Part shown: piece after piece, positions 1 through 9,657 of the stretch
How positions within the stretch are numbered: the first letter of the stretch is position 1
Layout of the letters: the number at the start of each line of letters is the position of its first letter
From: Candidatus Thalassarchaeaceae archaeon
Lineage (GTDB): Archaea > Thermoplasmatota > Poseidoniia > Poseidoniales > Thalassarchaeaceae
Reading direction: 5' to 3'
Assembly: GCA_045568075.1 (NCBI GenBank)
Contig: JBJLBP010000001.1
Coordinates: 1,440,001-1,472,000 of the forward strand
DNA length: 32,000 bases
Translations under genes and position numbers: made by a program
The notes under the pieces: generated by a model
What the model was told of the DNA's origin: nothing
Databases searched by the model: none
Seen by the model: only the letters and a program-made list of their open reading frames with translations

Positions 1-3000
1 AGTACAACCGTCCGCACTTGGATTCAGTACGCATGGATCGCTCGGACGTGGTAGCAAGTCGATGGAGAACGAATTATCGATAGTGTATCGGGAACCATCA
101 CCCTCGACAATTCTCCAGTAAACCGTGACCTGTACACCTGTGGTCTCCGAGTAGAGATCCGCGATGTTCAGTGTCAGAGTGAATGAGTCACCATCACCGA
201 GTGCTGTGGCTCCTGTCGAATTGTACTTTCCAAGAGCCTTCTGAGTCGCCTTTGGTGAAGGAGTCAAATCAAGCGTAGTCTCTACGAGAGCGACTTCGAT
301 CTTCACACCATTCTCGGCTCCGGAGTTGACGACGCCGTTGATTGTGACGAGATCTTCCTTCTGAGAATCAGTGGAGCGCGGTGATGTAATCTCAACCATT
401 GGTGGGTCATCACCGAAGTCCTCGCCGACGATGATGAAGTACATCCTCGCCTTCTCGGATTGCTTACCGGCTCTGTCGTAAACGATGAGCTCAAGTCGAA
501 TCTGATTCTCTAGAGTGCCGTCGCTGGTCATGTTGCGGAAGACGTAATTCCACATATCTCCGCCTGCTGCATCAGGCACCTGATACTCATGACCCTCAAG
601 TGTTGGACTTGAGGAATCGACAGGATAGTCGAAGAAGACTCGATACTCGAACATCTCGATTCCTCGCTCACCTTCGGGCGCGTCAGCATCGCTGCTGGCC
701 GATGAATCGAATGAGAGACTGATGTCTCCACTATCGGTTAGCCTTACGCGATAAATTGGCCAATCGACTCCACCGACAGTCTTGGTTCCGTCCTGAGTCA
801 AGTATTCATCCGTGATATCATTCTCGACTAATTGCAAGTCCGCAGTAGGTCTGAATTCATCAGCCAGAGTGTCGTCGGTTACCAGATTGATGTACGTGAT
901 TCGAGTGTGACCCTCATCATCGTGGAGATATAGAGTTAGGAGCCACTCGGCACCGATTCTACATCCAGTGTTGGAACTGCTGTCTCCGACACAGAAGCTT
1001 CCCAGTGTTGGGATACTTGGGCTAGTCTGGCGGATGTGACTAATCTCACCATAATCGATGAGCTCGCCCTGCCATCCAGTGACGGTCTCATTCATGTCAG
1101 TAGCTTCGAGAGTCCAATCCGCCGTGATACTCGGTCCAATTGATGCATCAGCGGTCAGGAAGGAGAAGTCAAGGTCTGAATTCGACTTGATGTACATCGT
1201 TGCGTAGGCACCGGTCACAGTGTCGATCGAAGGTGCCTCCTCGTTGATAGTCAAATCAAATCCATCACCAGCGATACCGAAGCTCGTTGGATATGGAGTG
1301 ACGTGGTAACTCAACATATTGGAGAGCAGAGGCATCGAGGTTCCGCCTAATGGCTGTGAGAAGCTCGGGTTCTCAACATCGAGAGTGGTGACAATCATTC
1401 CACCTGCTCCGCGGTTACAGATTGAGAGGAGAGACTGAGTATCGAATGACTCGCTTCGCATCAACGTGTGGAAAGTGCCCATTGGGTCACTTATTCGACC
1501 ACCACACACCTGTGGGATTTGGTCGAACTGCACCTGTGCGGTATCTAATCCAGCGAGTGCTACGTAAGAGCCGCCGTGCACACCTGCAAAGGCGGCTACG
1601 TTGACATTCTCGAGCAATGGATGGTAAGCATCGACGACGACGAGGTCCTCGTTGGTCACCGTGTTATTCCATTGATTCCTCATTGCAATATCCATACCGA
1701 ATGGTAGTCTATTGGGTTGGTACTCGTTGCGGTAAGGGCCGAGGTGAATCTGTAAAGTTCCACCGTTCACCATGTAAGCCTCTAGGACTTCGGTGACCGA
1801 AAGACCGTCCGAATCACGAGTTGCAGAGAGTGTCTCGTAATACTCTCCATAGACCACGTTGTAGTCCGTTTGCCAAGGCATGAGGATCTTATCATAGTGG
1901 TCAAGCCAGTTCTCGGTAGCATAGCGCTCCCAGTCATCAATCATCAATTGGGTGTAAGACATACCCATTGATTCGAGGTCCTGCTTTACGCGTTGTAGGC
2001 GATTCTGGTCAGTGGGATTTGATAGAATTGCAACATCAACATTGTTGTTGAATTCAATCTCGAAGTAGCGGTCGTTACCTGACTGCTCACCATCCTCAGT
2101 AAGGATGGCGTAGAAGCTGATATTGTACTCATGTCCATCATACCAACCGCTGTATGGAGTTGACCAATTAGCGAAATCACGTGCGTGTGGATCGAGATTG
2201 AAAGGCCCATTATCCGCAGACTGTTCGTACACCGTTTGTCCGGAATTCATGTCGACGACCTTCATCATCAATTCGTACTCTCCCGCGATTACTCCGTTCA
2301 ACAGTGGAACTGAGAAGGAGTGCTCTGAGACCGAATCAAAGGTGTAGACGCACTTGTAGGTGATATCTGAGACACACTCGAGGATATTCGGTTGCATCAG
2401 AGTGATGTCAGCACTTGCGATGCTGAAGATAATCTGCGTGTGATTGTTGGCAGTCGTAGTCTCGGTCTTATTGTACCATGTCGTTCCCTCCATAGAGGTA
2501 TTGAGAGTGGTAGTTGCATCGATTCGGTAAATTCCAGCACGGAAGTTGTGATTAGCAACTTCCACCTTCTCACGCTCTGCAGCATCAAGACCACTGATGT
2601 CGTTAACGTAGAATCCATCTTCTTCGAAAGTGAACTCATCGATGCGGATGTTGTCGACTGCGAATCCAGCTAATCCTGCATTACCATTGACTCCATCGTC
2701 ATTCGACTGGAATCGCCAGGTCAATGTTACCTCGGAGCCCGAGAGATCTGTGCACTCAGTAGCCCAGTCGAATGTACTGTTCGAGGTCTGATTTAGAAGA
2801 GTGATGTGAGTCAGATCGATAATGACCGATTTCACTAGAGACTCGGAATCGAACCAAACAACCGACTCGTAGCGGTCGGAATGATCACCCATGTACTCGA
2901 CCTCATCGTAGCGGCCGTTATTGTCGAAGTCCTCACATGCGTTGAATGGACGGATGCCGTTCTCATTGAGATCGGTCCAACTTCCCCAAACAGTTCCTTG

Positions 3001-6000
3001 GAAGACTTCGCCTCCCTTCGACCACTCGATTTCAAGGCCAGCCGCATCGCGAATAGCGAGTATGTTTCCATCGCTGTCAGAGAGGAAGTCTCCCTCAGCG
3101 AAGTAATCGAAAGAGAGGTAGGTGAAATCGGTGCCTCCAGATGCGACTGGAATCGGATCTAATCTGACAAACTCATTCCAGTTGTCTCCGTATCCCGTAT
3201 CTGGGTCTCCAAGCCAATAAGCGAACGAATTGAACACACCACGGCTCTGAGGTAGCATTGGGTGGTCGCCGTTGGTATCATCCAATCGGCTTCCATTTTC
3301 GTTTTCATCATCCTCCCACATTGGTTCAAGACCAGAGAAATCCTCGATTGCGATAAGGTCAGGAAGAGCATTCTTGATTGTAGTCTCTAGCTGGAAATCA
3401 GTGAGTGTGTTACCGTAGTTCTGGACACGAATCTCGATGTCGCGGTCACCAGAGGCATACTTCAGTCCATTTTCCAAACTGGGCCATGGTTCTTCTGCGA
3501 CACCTGGGTCGAAGAGATTCTTTACAGTAATCTGGAACTTAACCTCATCATTCGTTTCATCCGCATTATCGAAGCCCGATGGGCCGGTCAATGTGGTCTT
3601 GATGTAGTAAGTTCGGTTATCTACGAAGTCAGCGGTTAGCGTTACGTCCTCTGTAGCACCTGCTACGAAGTTGTTGAAATTCAAAGTCTGACTCACGACC
3701 TCTTCGGTGCCGAACTCTACGTCGGTCTTTCGAATCGAGATGTTGTCGAAAGCGAATCCGTCAAGACCTGTGTCCTGTGATGAGCCATCAGGTCCAACGC
3801 TTCCCATCAGACCGCTTCGGAAGCGGAAGCGGATATCGATGACCTCTCCAGCGTAGGGAGTGAGGTCAATTGCATCGTCTCCACGAAGTTCCATCCATGG
3901 GGTAGCTGTGTTGGAGTAGAAATTACCGTTGTAGGTGTTGTACTCAGGGTCAAGGTTGAGGTCGAAGAGACGGAAGTATCGCTCATTGTCCCAACCGCCG
4001 GTGAAGTAAACCTGCTTCCAACCATTACCGTCGCTCCAAACTTCGATTCCACACGAGTCTTCGTAGAGCCAGCGTTCGACGACAGAATATTGCTCTGCAA
4101 GATAGAGTTCGAAGAATGCGGTTGTACAAAGGAGATCGACATCGAGGTAAGCTGCATCAGAGCCACTCAAGTCAACGTTCTCAATGATGAATGCCTCATC
4201 CATGTTGTTGTAGTAACCAGATTGGTTGTCCTCACCTTGATGGTCCATTCCGGCCCACATGTAAGTAGTTGGATTCGAATCGGCCTCATACCAATCGTCA
4301 ATTGCTGAACCGTTGGAGTCTGTAGATGCATTCCACTCCTCGTGCCAAGACGAAGAACCGTCACCATACTCTCCTGTATACGAGATTAATGCAATGGAAC
4401 AGGCTGCACAATTTGTTGAATCGATATTTCCTTCGAAGTCATTCGAGTAGACAAGAGTGTCATCTCCACCAATTACTTCCTTGACTTCAAGGTCGACATC
4501 AATCGAACCAGAAATCGGATTTAGGCCAGTATTCTTCACAGTCAAATTGACGAATCTGGTACCTTCACCAATTTTAGCCGCACCAGTTGCTGGGTCATAT
4601 GCAGCAGGTGCAATAGTCACCTCATTAATACCAACATCCTCGTTGTCGAGGCTTAGAACTGAGAGGAAATCTCCAGCGCCAGCCCATCCTTGTGTGTCAA
4701 GCCACATAGCGCTGTTAGCGAATCTGTAAGATCGGTCGCTCTGTCCAATAGCAATTTCGAAAGCGCTATTTTCCCCTCCTGCCAATTGACCGGGAACGGC
4801 CATCGTTGGCCGGCGACCCACATCAAAAGAGATTGAAGATTGATATCCAGTTCCGGTTGGATTTGAAAGAATGATTTCTACCGTGTTTATTTCTCTCAGG
4901 TTATCGACCAGAAGGTAAGTTTGGTTCTGAGCACTTGAATCTTGTAGACGTGTTAAGGTAACTTCAGTAGGAACGAAGAAGTCCATGTTTCCATCACGGT
5001 TGACGTCTGCGATTGTAATCGAGGCACCCAAGTAATCACCGAGCATTACGTAATTCTGAGTGTCCCATGAGGAACCAGATAGTGTTGCATAGGATATGTT
5101 TCCGGTAATTCCATCCACTGCAGCAATTAGATCCACTTCTCCGTCATCATCAGTATCGGAAATATCGAGTCCATAGAGTGGGTAGTTGTGCTCAGCGTCG
5201 AGTTTGAAGTTGTGAACACCACTTGCGGTAGCGTCAAGCGGATTTGGATATGTTCCGAGAGTACAATCATACTCGAGGACAGTCATGTTGTCATAGTGCC
5301 CATTAGAATATCCAACACCAGTGTTGTATGGTGGTGTACGAAGAAGCCAGATGTCTAAGTCCTCACAGTCAGTCTGAGGGACACCGATGCCGCCTCCAAG
5401 GACATCCTCGCCCCAGTGGCCTAGCAGTAGGTTGGTGTATAGCCCATTTGTCAACGGAACAGGTATGGTTTGTTGAGCAGTAATTTGAGTTGGGTCGGGC
5501 CCCTTGAAGATATTGAGGTAGTTATTTGTGAAAGTGGGGTCAATTACGCTCATTACAATATCTGCATCTCCATCGCCATCGATGTCTGCAACATCCATAT
5601 CTTGCAAGTATGGATTGCTGACGGTGATCGCATCTGATGGATCCCAGTTGTTGATTCGCTCATCACAATCTCCCCAAAGTATGGTTAGATTTCCAGGGAC
5701 CATTGGTCCACCTACGAATCTGATGTTCTGTTGATAATACACAACATCGTTGACATCATCTCCGTCAACGTCAGCAATGTACACTCTAGTTCCATCTGCT
5801 GTATCTCGGAATCCTGCTCGGTGAGAATCATTGTTTGAGATGAAAACGTCTTGCCTGTCCCCGAAGCCGCCATTTCCATCATTGTACAAGGCCGATATGA
5901 AGTGGCCCATCGAACTGGCTGAGACGATATCATTGTCGTTATCACAATCGATATCGCCAATCGCGATGTACGATGGATCTCGCTGCACAGCATACTGTGT

Positions 6001-6126
6001 GATGTGGGATGCAGATACTGATGGAACCAGTGAGAGCATAGGCGAACTCAGCATCAACATAACAAGAAGAATTGCTATTCGACCTTCTCGGGAATCGTTT
6101 TTGGCGTTCTTTGACGAGGACATCAT
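1..6126 (-). CDS. Giant secreted/surface protein, truncated at its 3' end by the window edge (at least 2042 codons). It has an N-terminal signal or anchor helix, FG-GAP/VCBS-type repeats, two copies of a CARDB-like plus beta-sandwich module, and further unassigned domains.
   Basis: Not in the ORF track. Hand translation of the minus frame whose codons end at 6126 shows no stop down to position 1. It starts ATGATG (6126-6121) and reads MMSSSKNAKNDSREGRIAILLVMLMLSSPMLSLVPSVSASH. FG-GAP-like loops: IGDIDCDNDNDIV, IADVDGDDVNDVV, VADIDGDGDADIV, SDTDDDGEVDLI, IADVNRDGNMDFF. All listed minus-strand ORFs in this region lie in a different frame (shadow ORFs). Confidence 0.85.
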   Translation of the reverse strand, partial: MMSSSKNAKNDSREGRIAILLVMLMLSSPMLSLVPSVSASHITQYAVQRDPSYIAIGDIDCDNDNDIVSASSMGHFISALYNDGNGGFGDRQDVFISNNDSHRAGFRDTADGTRVYIADVDGDDVNDVVYYQQNIRFVGGPMVPGNLTILWGDCDERINNWDPSDAITVSNPYLQDMDVADIDGDGDADIVMSVIDPTFTNNYLNIFKGPDPTQITAQQTIPVPLTNGLYTNLLLGHWGEDVLGGGIGVPQTDCEDLDIWLLRTPPYNTGVGYSNGHYDNMTVLEYDCTLGTYPNPLDATASGVHNFKLDAEHNYPLYGLDISDTDDDGEVDLIAAVDGITGNISYATLSGSSWDTQNYVMLGDYLGASITIADVNRDGNMDFFVPTEVTLTRLQDSSAQNQTYLLVDNLREINTVEIILSNPTGTGYQSSISFDVGRRPTMAVPGQLAGGENSAFEIAIGQSDRSYRFANSAMWLDTQGWAGAGDFLSVLSLDNEDVGINEVTIAPAAYDPATGAAKIGEGTRFVNLTVKNTGLNPISGSIDVDLEVKEVIGGDDTLVYSNDFEGNIDSTNCAACSIALISYTGEYGDGSSSWHEEWNASTDSNGSAIDDWYEADSNPTTYMWAGMDHQGEDNQSGYYNNMDEAFIIENVDLSGSDAAYLDVDLLCTTAFFELYLAEQYSVVERWLYEDSCGIEVWSDGNGWKQVYFTGGWDNERYFRLFDLNLDPEYNTYNGNFYSNTATPWMELRGDDAIDLTPYAGEVIDIRFRFRSGLMGSVGPDGSSQDTGLDGFAFDNISIRKTDVEFGTEEVVSQTLNFNNFVAGATEDVTLTADFVDNRTYYIKTTLTGPSGFDNADETNDEVKFQITVKNLFDPGVAEEPWPSLENGLKYASGDRDIEIRVQNYGNTLTDFQLETTIKNALPDLIAIEDFSGLEPMWEDDENENGSRLDDTNGDHPMLPQSRGVFNSFAYWLGDPDTGYGDNWNEFVRLDPIPVASGGTDFTYLSFDYFAEGDFLSDSDGNILAIRDAAGLEIEWSKGGEVFQGTVWGSWTDLNENGIRPFNACEDFDNNGRYDEVEYMGDHSDRYESVVWFDSESLVKSVIIDLTHITLLNQTSNSTFDWATECTDLSGSEVTLTWRFQSNDDGVNGNAGLAGFAVDNIRIDEFTFEEDGFYVNDISGLDAAEREKVEVANHNFRAGIYRIDATTTLNTSMEGTTWYNKTETTTANNHTQIIFSIASADITLMQPNILECVSDITYKCVYTFDSVSEHSFSVPLLNGVIAGEYELMMKVVDMNSGQTVYEQSADNGPFNLDPHARDFANWSTPYSGWYDGHEYNISFYAILTEDGEQSGNDRYFEIEFNNNVDVAILSNPTDQNRLQRVKQDLESMGMSYTQLMIDDWERYATENWLDHYDKILMPWQTDYNVVYGEYYETLSATRDSDGLSVTEVLEAYMVNGGTLQIHLGPYRNEYQPNRLPFGMDIAMRNQWNNTVTNEDLVVVDAYHPLLENVNVAAFAGVHGGSYVALAGLDTAQVQFDQIPQVCGGRISDPMGTFHTLMRSESFDTQSLLSICNRGAGGMIVTTLDVENPSFSQPLGGTSMPLLSNMLSYHVTPYPTSFGIAGDGFDLTINEEAPSIDTVTGAYATMYIKSNSDLDFSFLTADASIGPSITADWTLEATDMNETVTGWQGELIDYGEISHIRQTSPSIPTLGSFCVGDSSSNTGCRIGAEWLLTLYLHDDEGHTRITYINLVTDDTLADEFRPTADLQLVENDITDEYLTQDGTKTVGGVDWPIYRVRLTDSGDISLSFDSSASSDADAPEGERGIEMFEYRVFFDYPVDSSSPTLEGHEYQVPDAAGGDMWNYVFRNMTSDGTLENQIRLELIVYDRAGKQSEKARMYFIIVGEDFGDDPPMVEITSPRSTDSQKEDLVTINGVVNSGAENGVKIEVALVETTLDLTPSPKATQKALGKYNSTGATALGDGDSFTLTLNIADLYSETTGVQVTVYWRIVEGDGSRYTIDNSFSIDLLPRPSDPCVLNPSADGCT

Positions 6127-6178
6127 GACTTCGCCGAATTTCCGTTCTCTCTTATGCCTTCGCCCGTACTGACTTTAG

Positions 6179-6195
6179 CAACTCCATAGGAGTTG
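6179..6195 (-). terminator. Hairpin (7-bp stem CAACTCC/GGAGTTG, 3-nt loop) about 20 nt downstream of the 208-aa gene. Possible terminator or processing structure.
   Basis: Inverted repeat read directly from the sequence. Only a weak T-rich tract (TATTTCT on the minus strand) lies between the stop codon and the hairpin, so a terminator role is uncertain. Confidence 0.25.
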
Positions 6196-6213
6196 TGAGA
6201 AATAGGCGCCATA

Positions 6214-6840
6214 TTAGGGGGCTTCAAGCCAACTTGGGTTCGGGGCATACTGTATCTCTGCACCACCATGAATTCGCTCAAGGCGGCCGAGTAGCCAAAG
6301 CCTATCGAGGAACATCTGCAGTTCAATGCCCGAGCGATTAACGCGCTCTCCAAGTAGACTCTCTATTGACCCGAGAGAGAGTGATGTATGACCGTGCTCG
6401 CGAACGACGAGAGTCATCACCAACTGAATCCACGACTCGGCCATTGGGTCTCCAGACATATTGTCGGAGAGTGGTTCCGGCATCTCCTCTAATTCATCGA
6501 GGAAGATGCTGATTTCTGCCAAATCAGGCTCTGTTCGAGCCGGCGCTCCCAGTGAATCCAAGCCGGCCTCGATGTCGAGGTCGCCGATTACTCTGACAAC
6601 TGAAGGAAGTCGACTTGGATCTGGAGGAGGTCCTGGCAATTGGTTAACCTTCTTTGCATTCGGTGCTCCATCAATCTCTTCCTCCAATGCACCGCTCACA
6701 GATTGAGTGTAACCAATATCGCCATCGAGTCCGATTCGTTCACGGTATAGATTGACCCACGATGGTGGACCTTGGATGACAACCTCGACATCTTGCTCAT
6801 TTGAGCGGAATGAAAATCGGATGTTGTCCTCGTCACTCAT
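6214..6840 (-). CDS. Hypothetical acidic protein (208 aa) with a proline-rich linker (PGPPPDPSRLP). No family recognised.
   Basis: ATG-initiated ORF. On the minus strand GGGTGAT (plus-strand 6844-6850) lies 3 nt upstream of the ATG. The gene starts 31 nt after the aconitase stop, which suggests co-transcription. Confidence 0.6.
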   Translation of the reverse strand: MSDEDNIRFSFRSNEQDVEVVIQGPPSWVNLYRERIGLDGDIGYTQSVSGALEEEIDGAPNAKKVNQLPGPPPDPSRLPSVVRVIGDLDIEAGLDSLGAPARTEPDLAEISIFLDELEEMPEPLSDNMSGDPMAESWIQLVMTLVVREHGHTSLSLGSIESLLGERVNRSGIELQMFLDRLWLLGRLERIHGGAEIQYAPNPSWLEAP

Positions 6841-6871
6841 CGAATCACCCGTTGGGTATCTGGTTTTGAAT

Positions 6872-9559
6872 TCAGGCCTCTGCTAGATTGCGTAGAACGG
6901 TCTGCAAGATGCCACCGTTACGGTAGTAATCGACTTCTACTGGAGTGTCTAATCGGACTACTGCGTCGAACTCTATGACATCCCCACTCGACTTGGTCGC
7001 CGTGACTGTGATGCAAGAGAGGGGTTCGAGGTCGGCGTGAGCTGGGATGTCAAAAGTCTCGGTCCCGTCAAGCCCCAGTGAATCGGCGTCCTCGCCTTCT
7101 GGGAAGGTCAGTGGAAGGACTCCCATCCCGACAAGGTTCGAGCGATGTATACGCTCGAAAGACGTAGCGATTACCGCTCTGACACCGAGGAGAAGAGTTC
7201 CTTTTGCAGCCCAATCACGACTGCTTCCGGTGCCATACTGAGTGCCGGCCAAGACTACGAGTGGGGTACCTTCTGCTTGGTAGCGCATGCTGGCGTCGTA
7301 AACGCTAGTGACTTCTCCGGTTGGGAAATAAGTGGTGAATCCACCCTCGGTTCCGTCTGCGATTTGATTGCGAATACGGACGTTTGCAAATGTACCTCGC
7401 ATCATTACTTCGTGGTTGCCTCGGCGGCTACCGAATGAGTTGAAATCGCGCGGCGATACACCCTTAGAAACGAGGTATTGGCCGGCTGGGCCATGGTGAG
7501 GAAATGCACCAGCCGGACTAATGTGATCAGTGGTTACCGAGTCTCCCAATTTGAGCAGCACCTTGGCTTGGTGAATCTCCTCAATCGGGGCTGGTTCCGC
7601 CTCGATGCCTTCGAAGAAGGATGGAAGTCGAACGTAAGTGGATTCCTTGGCCCAAGGGTATAGTGCTGACTGGGAACTACTGATGGCATCCCAGCGCGGC
7701 TCTTCGAGCACGTCTGCATAGCGCAGACGGAACATTTCCGGATCGATTGAGGTAGCGATGGTTGCTTGGATTTCAGCATCACTCGGCCAAATGTCAGATA
7801 GCATCACCGGCGAACCTTCGGCTGTGTGTCCAAGTGGATCACTTCCAAAGTCGATGTCAAGGGTTCCCGCGATTGCGTAAGCGACGACAAGGGGTGGGCT
7901 GGCGAGATAGTTTGCCTTGACTTTCTGATGGATTCTTCCCTCGAAATTGCGATTCCCAGAGAGAACACTACCGACGATCAGATCAGCATCATCGATAGCA
8001 GCCTCGATGTCGGCATCGAGCGGTCCTGAATTACCGATACAAGTTGTGCAGCCATAGCCGACAACACTGAATCCGAGCGCATCGAGATCTTCGGTCAGGC
8101 CCGCCGCATCGAAGTATTCTGTAACAACACGAGAACCCGGTGCCAAGCTAGGCTTGACGGCGGGAGCAATCGAAAGTCCTGCTGCACGCGCGTTGCGGGC
8201 GAGCAATCCAGCAGCAATCATCACGCTCGGATTACTCGTATTCGTACAACTGGTTATGGCAGCGATGACAATGTCACCGTGCCCGAGGTCGAAGCCTCGA
8301 TCACCAACAGCAGTCGATGTGTCATTCTGTGTCGAATCGATCCCATGGCCGCTATGGCCGACAGGTGCGTTCAGACTCTGTCTCCAATGCGATTTCATTG
8401 CCGACAAATCGACTCTGTCTTGAGGTCGTTTTGGCCCAGCCAGAGCAGGTTCTACTGTCGAGAGATCAAGGGAGAGTGAGGAGGTGAAGGAAGGGGTTGG
8501 AGTAGCCTCGCTGTGGAACAATCCCTGAGCACTCAGATAGCGCTTCACATCCTCGATATGCGACTCATCACGACCTGATAATCGCATGTAATCAAGCGCC
8601 GTTTCATCAACTGGGAAAAAGCCGCATGTCGCTCCATATTCAGGTGCCATATTGGCGATTGTTGCGCGGTCTGGGAGACTCAAATTGGCAAGTCCAGAAC
8701 CGTGGAATTCAACGAATTTTCCGACGACTCCGTGCTCGCGTAGCATCTCTACGATTCGCAGGGTCATGTCGGTTGCAGTAACACCTGGACGCAAAGAGCC
8801 GGTCAGCTCGAATCCGCAGACTTCTGGTAGCAGCATGTAAATCGGCTGACCAAGCATCACGGCCTCAGCCTCGATTCCACCAACGCCCCAGCCGAGAACA
8901 CCGAGTCCGTTGATCATCGTCGTGTGGCTATCGGTACCAACTAGCGTATCCGGCAGCCATACTCCATCCTCCTCGCGCGCGACACTTGCAATCCATTCAA
9001 GATTCACCTGATGTACAATACCACGACCAGGAGGGACAGCGCGGAAATTGTCTAAACTCTGCTGACCCCACTTGAGGAATTGATAGCGCTCCATATTGCG
9101 CTGATACTCGATCTCTAAATTGCGCTCGCGCGCGTCAGGGAATAATCCTGAAACATCAACCTGAACCGAGTGGTCAATTACCAGATCGACAGGAACCTGT
9201 GGATTGACCTTCTCAGGATCTCCACCCAACTCGACCATCGCATCGCGCAGAGCAGCGATATCGACGACCGCTGGTACTCCGGTGAAGTCCTGCAGAATCA
9301 CTCTGCTTGGAGCGAATGGGATCTCTTCGGGATTCATTGTTGGTGACCACGACGCGATGCGCTCAACATCTTCACGAGTCACCAAGAATCCATCGCACTT
9401 GCGCAACGCTGCCTCGAGTAGTAATCTAATCGTGAAAGGCAGAGAATCAAGTTCGCAGATACCCGATTCCTGTAAGTGAGATAGTGCGTGGAAGCGAGCC
9501 TTGGAATCATCCGACTTGGTAAATGTTCGAAGCGAATCGAATCCATCTCTCTCGCCCAT
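6872..9559 (-). CDS. acnA: Aconitate hydratase A (IRP/AcnA type, 895 aa)
   Basis: [24 protein letters not shown]. Fe-S ligand regions TSCTNTSNP and [12 protein letters not shown]. Swivel-domain motif [12 protein letters not shown]. The length is typical of AcnA. Confidence 0.95.
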   Translation of the reverse strand: MGERDGFDSLRTFTKSDDSKARFHALSHLQESGICELDSLPFTIRLLLEAALRKCDGFLVTREDVERIASWSPTMNPEEIPFAPSRVILQDFTGVPAVVDIAALRDAMVELGGDPEKVNPQVPVDLVIDHSVQVDVSGLFPDARERNLEIEYQRNMERYQFLKWGQQSLDNFRAVPPGRGIVHQVNLEWIASVAREEDGVWLPDTLVGTDSHTTMINGLGVLGWGVGGIEAEAVMLGQPIYMLLPEVCGFELTGSLRPGVTATDMTLRIVEMLREHGVVGKFVEFHGSGLANLSLPDRATIANMAPEYGATCGFFPVDETALDYMRLSGRDESHIEDVKRYLSAQGLFHSEATPTPSFTSSLSLDLSTVEPALAGPKRPQDRVDLSAMKSHWRQSLNAPVGHSGHGIDSTQNDTSTAVGDRGFDLGHGDIVIAAITSCTNTSNPSVMIAAGLLARNARAAGLSIAPAVKPSLAPGSRVVTEYFDAAGLTEDLDALGFSVVGYGCTTCIGNSGPLDADIEAAIDDADLIVGSVLSGNRNFEGRIHQKVKANYLASPPLVVAYAIAGTLDIDFGSDPLGHTAEGSPVMLSDIWPSDAEIQATIATSIDPEMFRLRYADVLEEPRWDAISSSQSALYPWAKESTYVRLPSFFEGIEAEPAPIEEIHQAKVLLKLGDSVTTDHISPAGAFPHHGPAGQYLVSKGVSPRDFNSFGSRRGNHEVMMRGTFANVRIRNQIADGTEGGFTTYFPTGEVTSVYDASMRYQAEGTPLVVLAGTQYGTGSSRDWAAKGTLLLGVRAVIATSFERIHRSNLVGMGVLPLTFPEGEDADSLGLDGTETFDIPAHADLEPLSCITVTATKSSGDVIEFDAVVRLDTPVEVDYYRNGGILQTVLRNLAEA

Positions 9560-9657
9560 CTCAGCACCCCGTAATCACTCGGGGGAGAGTGCCCTCCATG
9601 AAGATGACTCGTAGAGTCAGTCCGTAAAATAACGGGAACTCGTTGAGAAGTCGGTGT

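Noticed and set aside
303-6172. The roughly 20 short ORFs (60-119 aa) that the track lists across the first 6 kb.
   Set aside because: All overlap the single uninterrupted minus-strand frame (1-6126), which has a signal peptide and clear repeat domains. They are off-frame or antisense shadows of it.
9560-9657. A structured 5' leader of aconitase (GGAG...CTCC hairpin around 9583-9596), considered as an IRE-like autoregulatory element.
   Set aside because: It has only a 4-bp stem and no resemblance to the IRE CAGUGN loop or C-bulge. That is not distinguishable from chance.
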